The translations under genes were made by a program, and so were the position numbers. A DNA stretch of 62,186 bases, the filler included, from Choristocarpus tenellus KU-1152 (taxonomy: Eukaryota > Protista > Phaeophyceae), in NCBI GenBank assembly GCA_964200185.2. It is 11 parts of 11 records of this genome, joined end to end, with 100 filler letters (N's around TTAATTAATTAA, not from the genome) between each part and the next. Parts side by side here need not be neighbours in the genome. Positions count along the whole stretch, not along the records: positions 58,124 to 62,186 come from CAXNAD020016410.1; 10 more parts are not named here. The stretch is one strand, 5' to 3'. Of this stretch, positions 61,730 through 62,186 are shown piece by piece (within the stretch, counting starts at the first letter, position 1; the number at the start of each line of letters is the position of its first letter). The notes beneath the pieces were generated by a model. The model did no database searches, was not told where the DNA came from, and saw only the letters and a program-made list of their open reading frames with translations.

Positions 61730-62186
61730 CTGCAAAGGCCATCATGCCATTACAGGGTTAGATACAGAGGTACAGAGTCTGCGTGTAAGTGGTGTATATT
61801 GGTTCTGAGACGGCAAATGGACAAACAAAGAATAAGGCATCAGTATAAATTGGTCTCAGCATGGAAGAACTTCTCACATTGAAAATATATATTCGTAATA
61901 AGGCCCACATACCAAAGAACAAAAGGGCATGTTGGGCAGGAGGAAAAGGAACTAGTGGGGAGCGCAAGGCACTGGGGGTGGCTGGAAGCAATATCCTTGT
62001 ATACAATAGTAGAAAAAATCCCTTGGCAGCAAGAGAGTTCGGTACTCTGAGAGCAGGGTCTGACAAAAGTCTACATTTCCACCATTGCCTGAGACAACAA
62101 GGGATGAACGTGAAGAGGGGATTGGGCGGTATGCATGTGACAGGGCATTCCAAAATGTTTCAACACACCATGCTACCTTATCACAC

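Noticed and set aside
1-62186. tRNA, rRNA, CRISPR arrays, prokaryotic operons or giant-virus hallmark genes
   Set aside because: None recognised by eye; dedicated scans were not run.

Overview
Eukaryotic, intron-rich, repeat-dense DNA. I infer a stramenopile, most plausibly a brown alga, from TTAGGG-type repeats, long spliceosomal introns, a flagellar NPHP4 gene and a signal-peptide-bearing ABCD transporter. The window is not contiguous: 11 contigs are joined by ten 100-bp N-TTAATTAATTAA-N linkers, so adjacency across linkers is mostly meaningless. Partial host genes reconstructed from splice sites: NPHP4 (5 exons), an ABCD/YddA-type ABC transporter (4 exons), the ASCC2 3' end, a tandem-WW protein, a predicted N-myristoylated SH3-like protein and several unknown exons. 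Mobile DNA includes two related MITE families with 4-bp TSDs (Sola-like), a pogo/Tc1-type MITE, a plant-mariner-type transposase, an RTE LINE relic and many 3' fragments of an RLE-type LINE. The most unusual signal is a ~660-bp AT-rich, intronless LRR-protein fragment (27071-27730), largely missed by the ORF track. It splits one unit of a degenerate Cys-rich tandem repeat and is a candidate transfer from an AT-rich endosymbiont. All family assignments come from motif recognition by eye; no searches were run.
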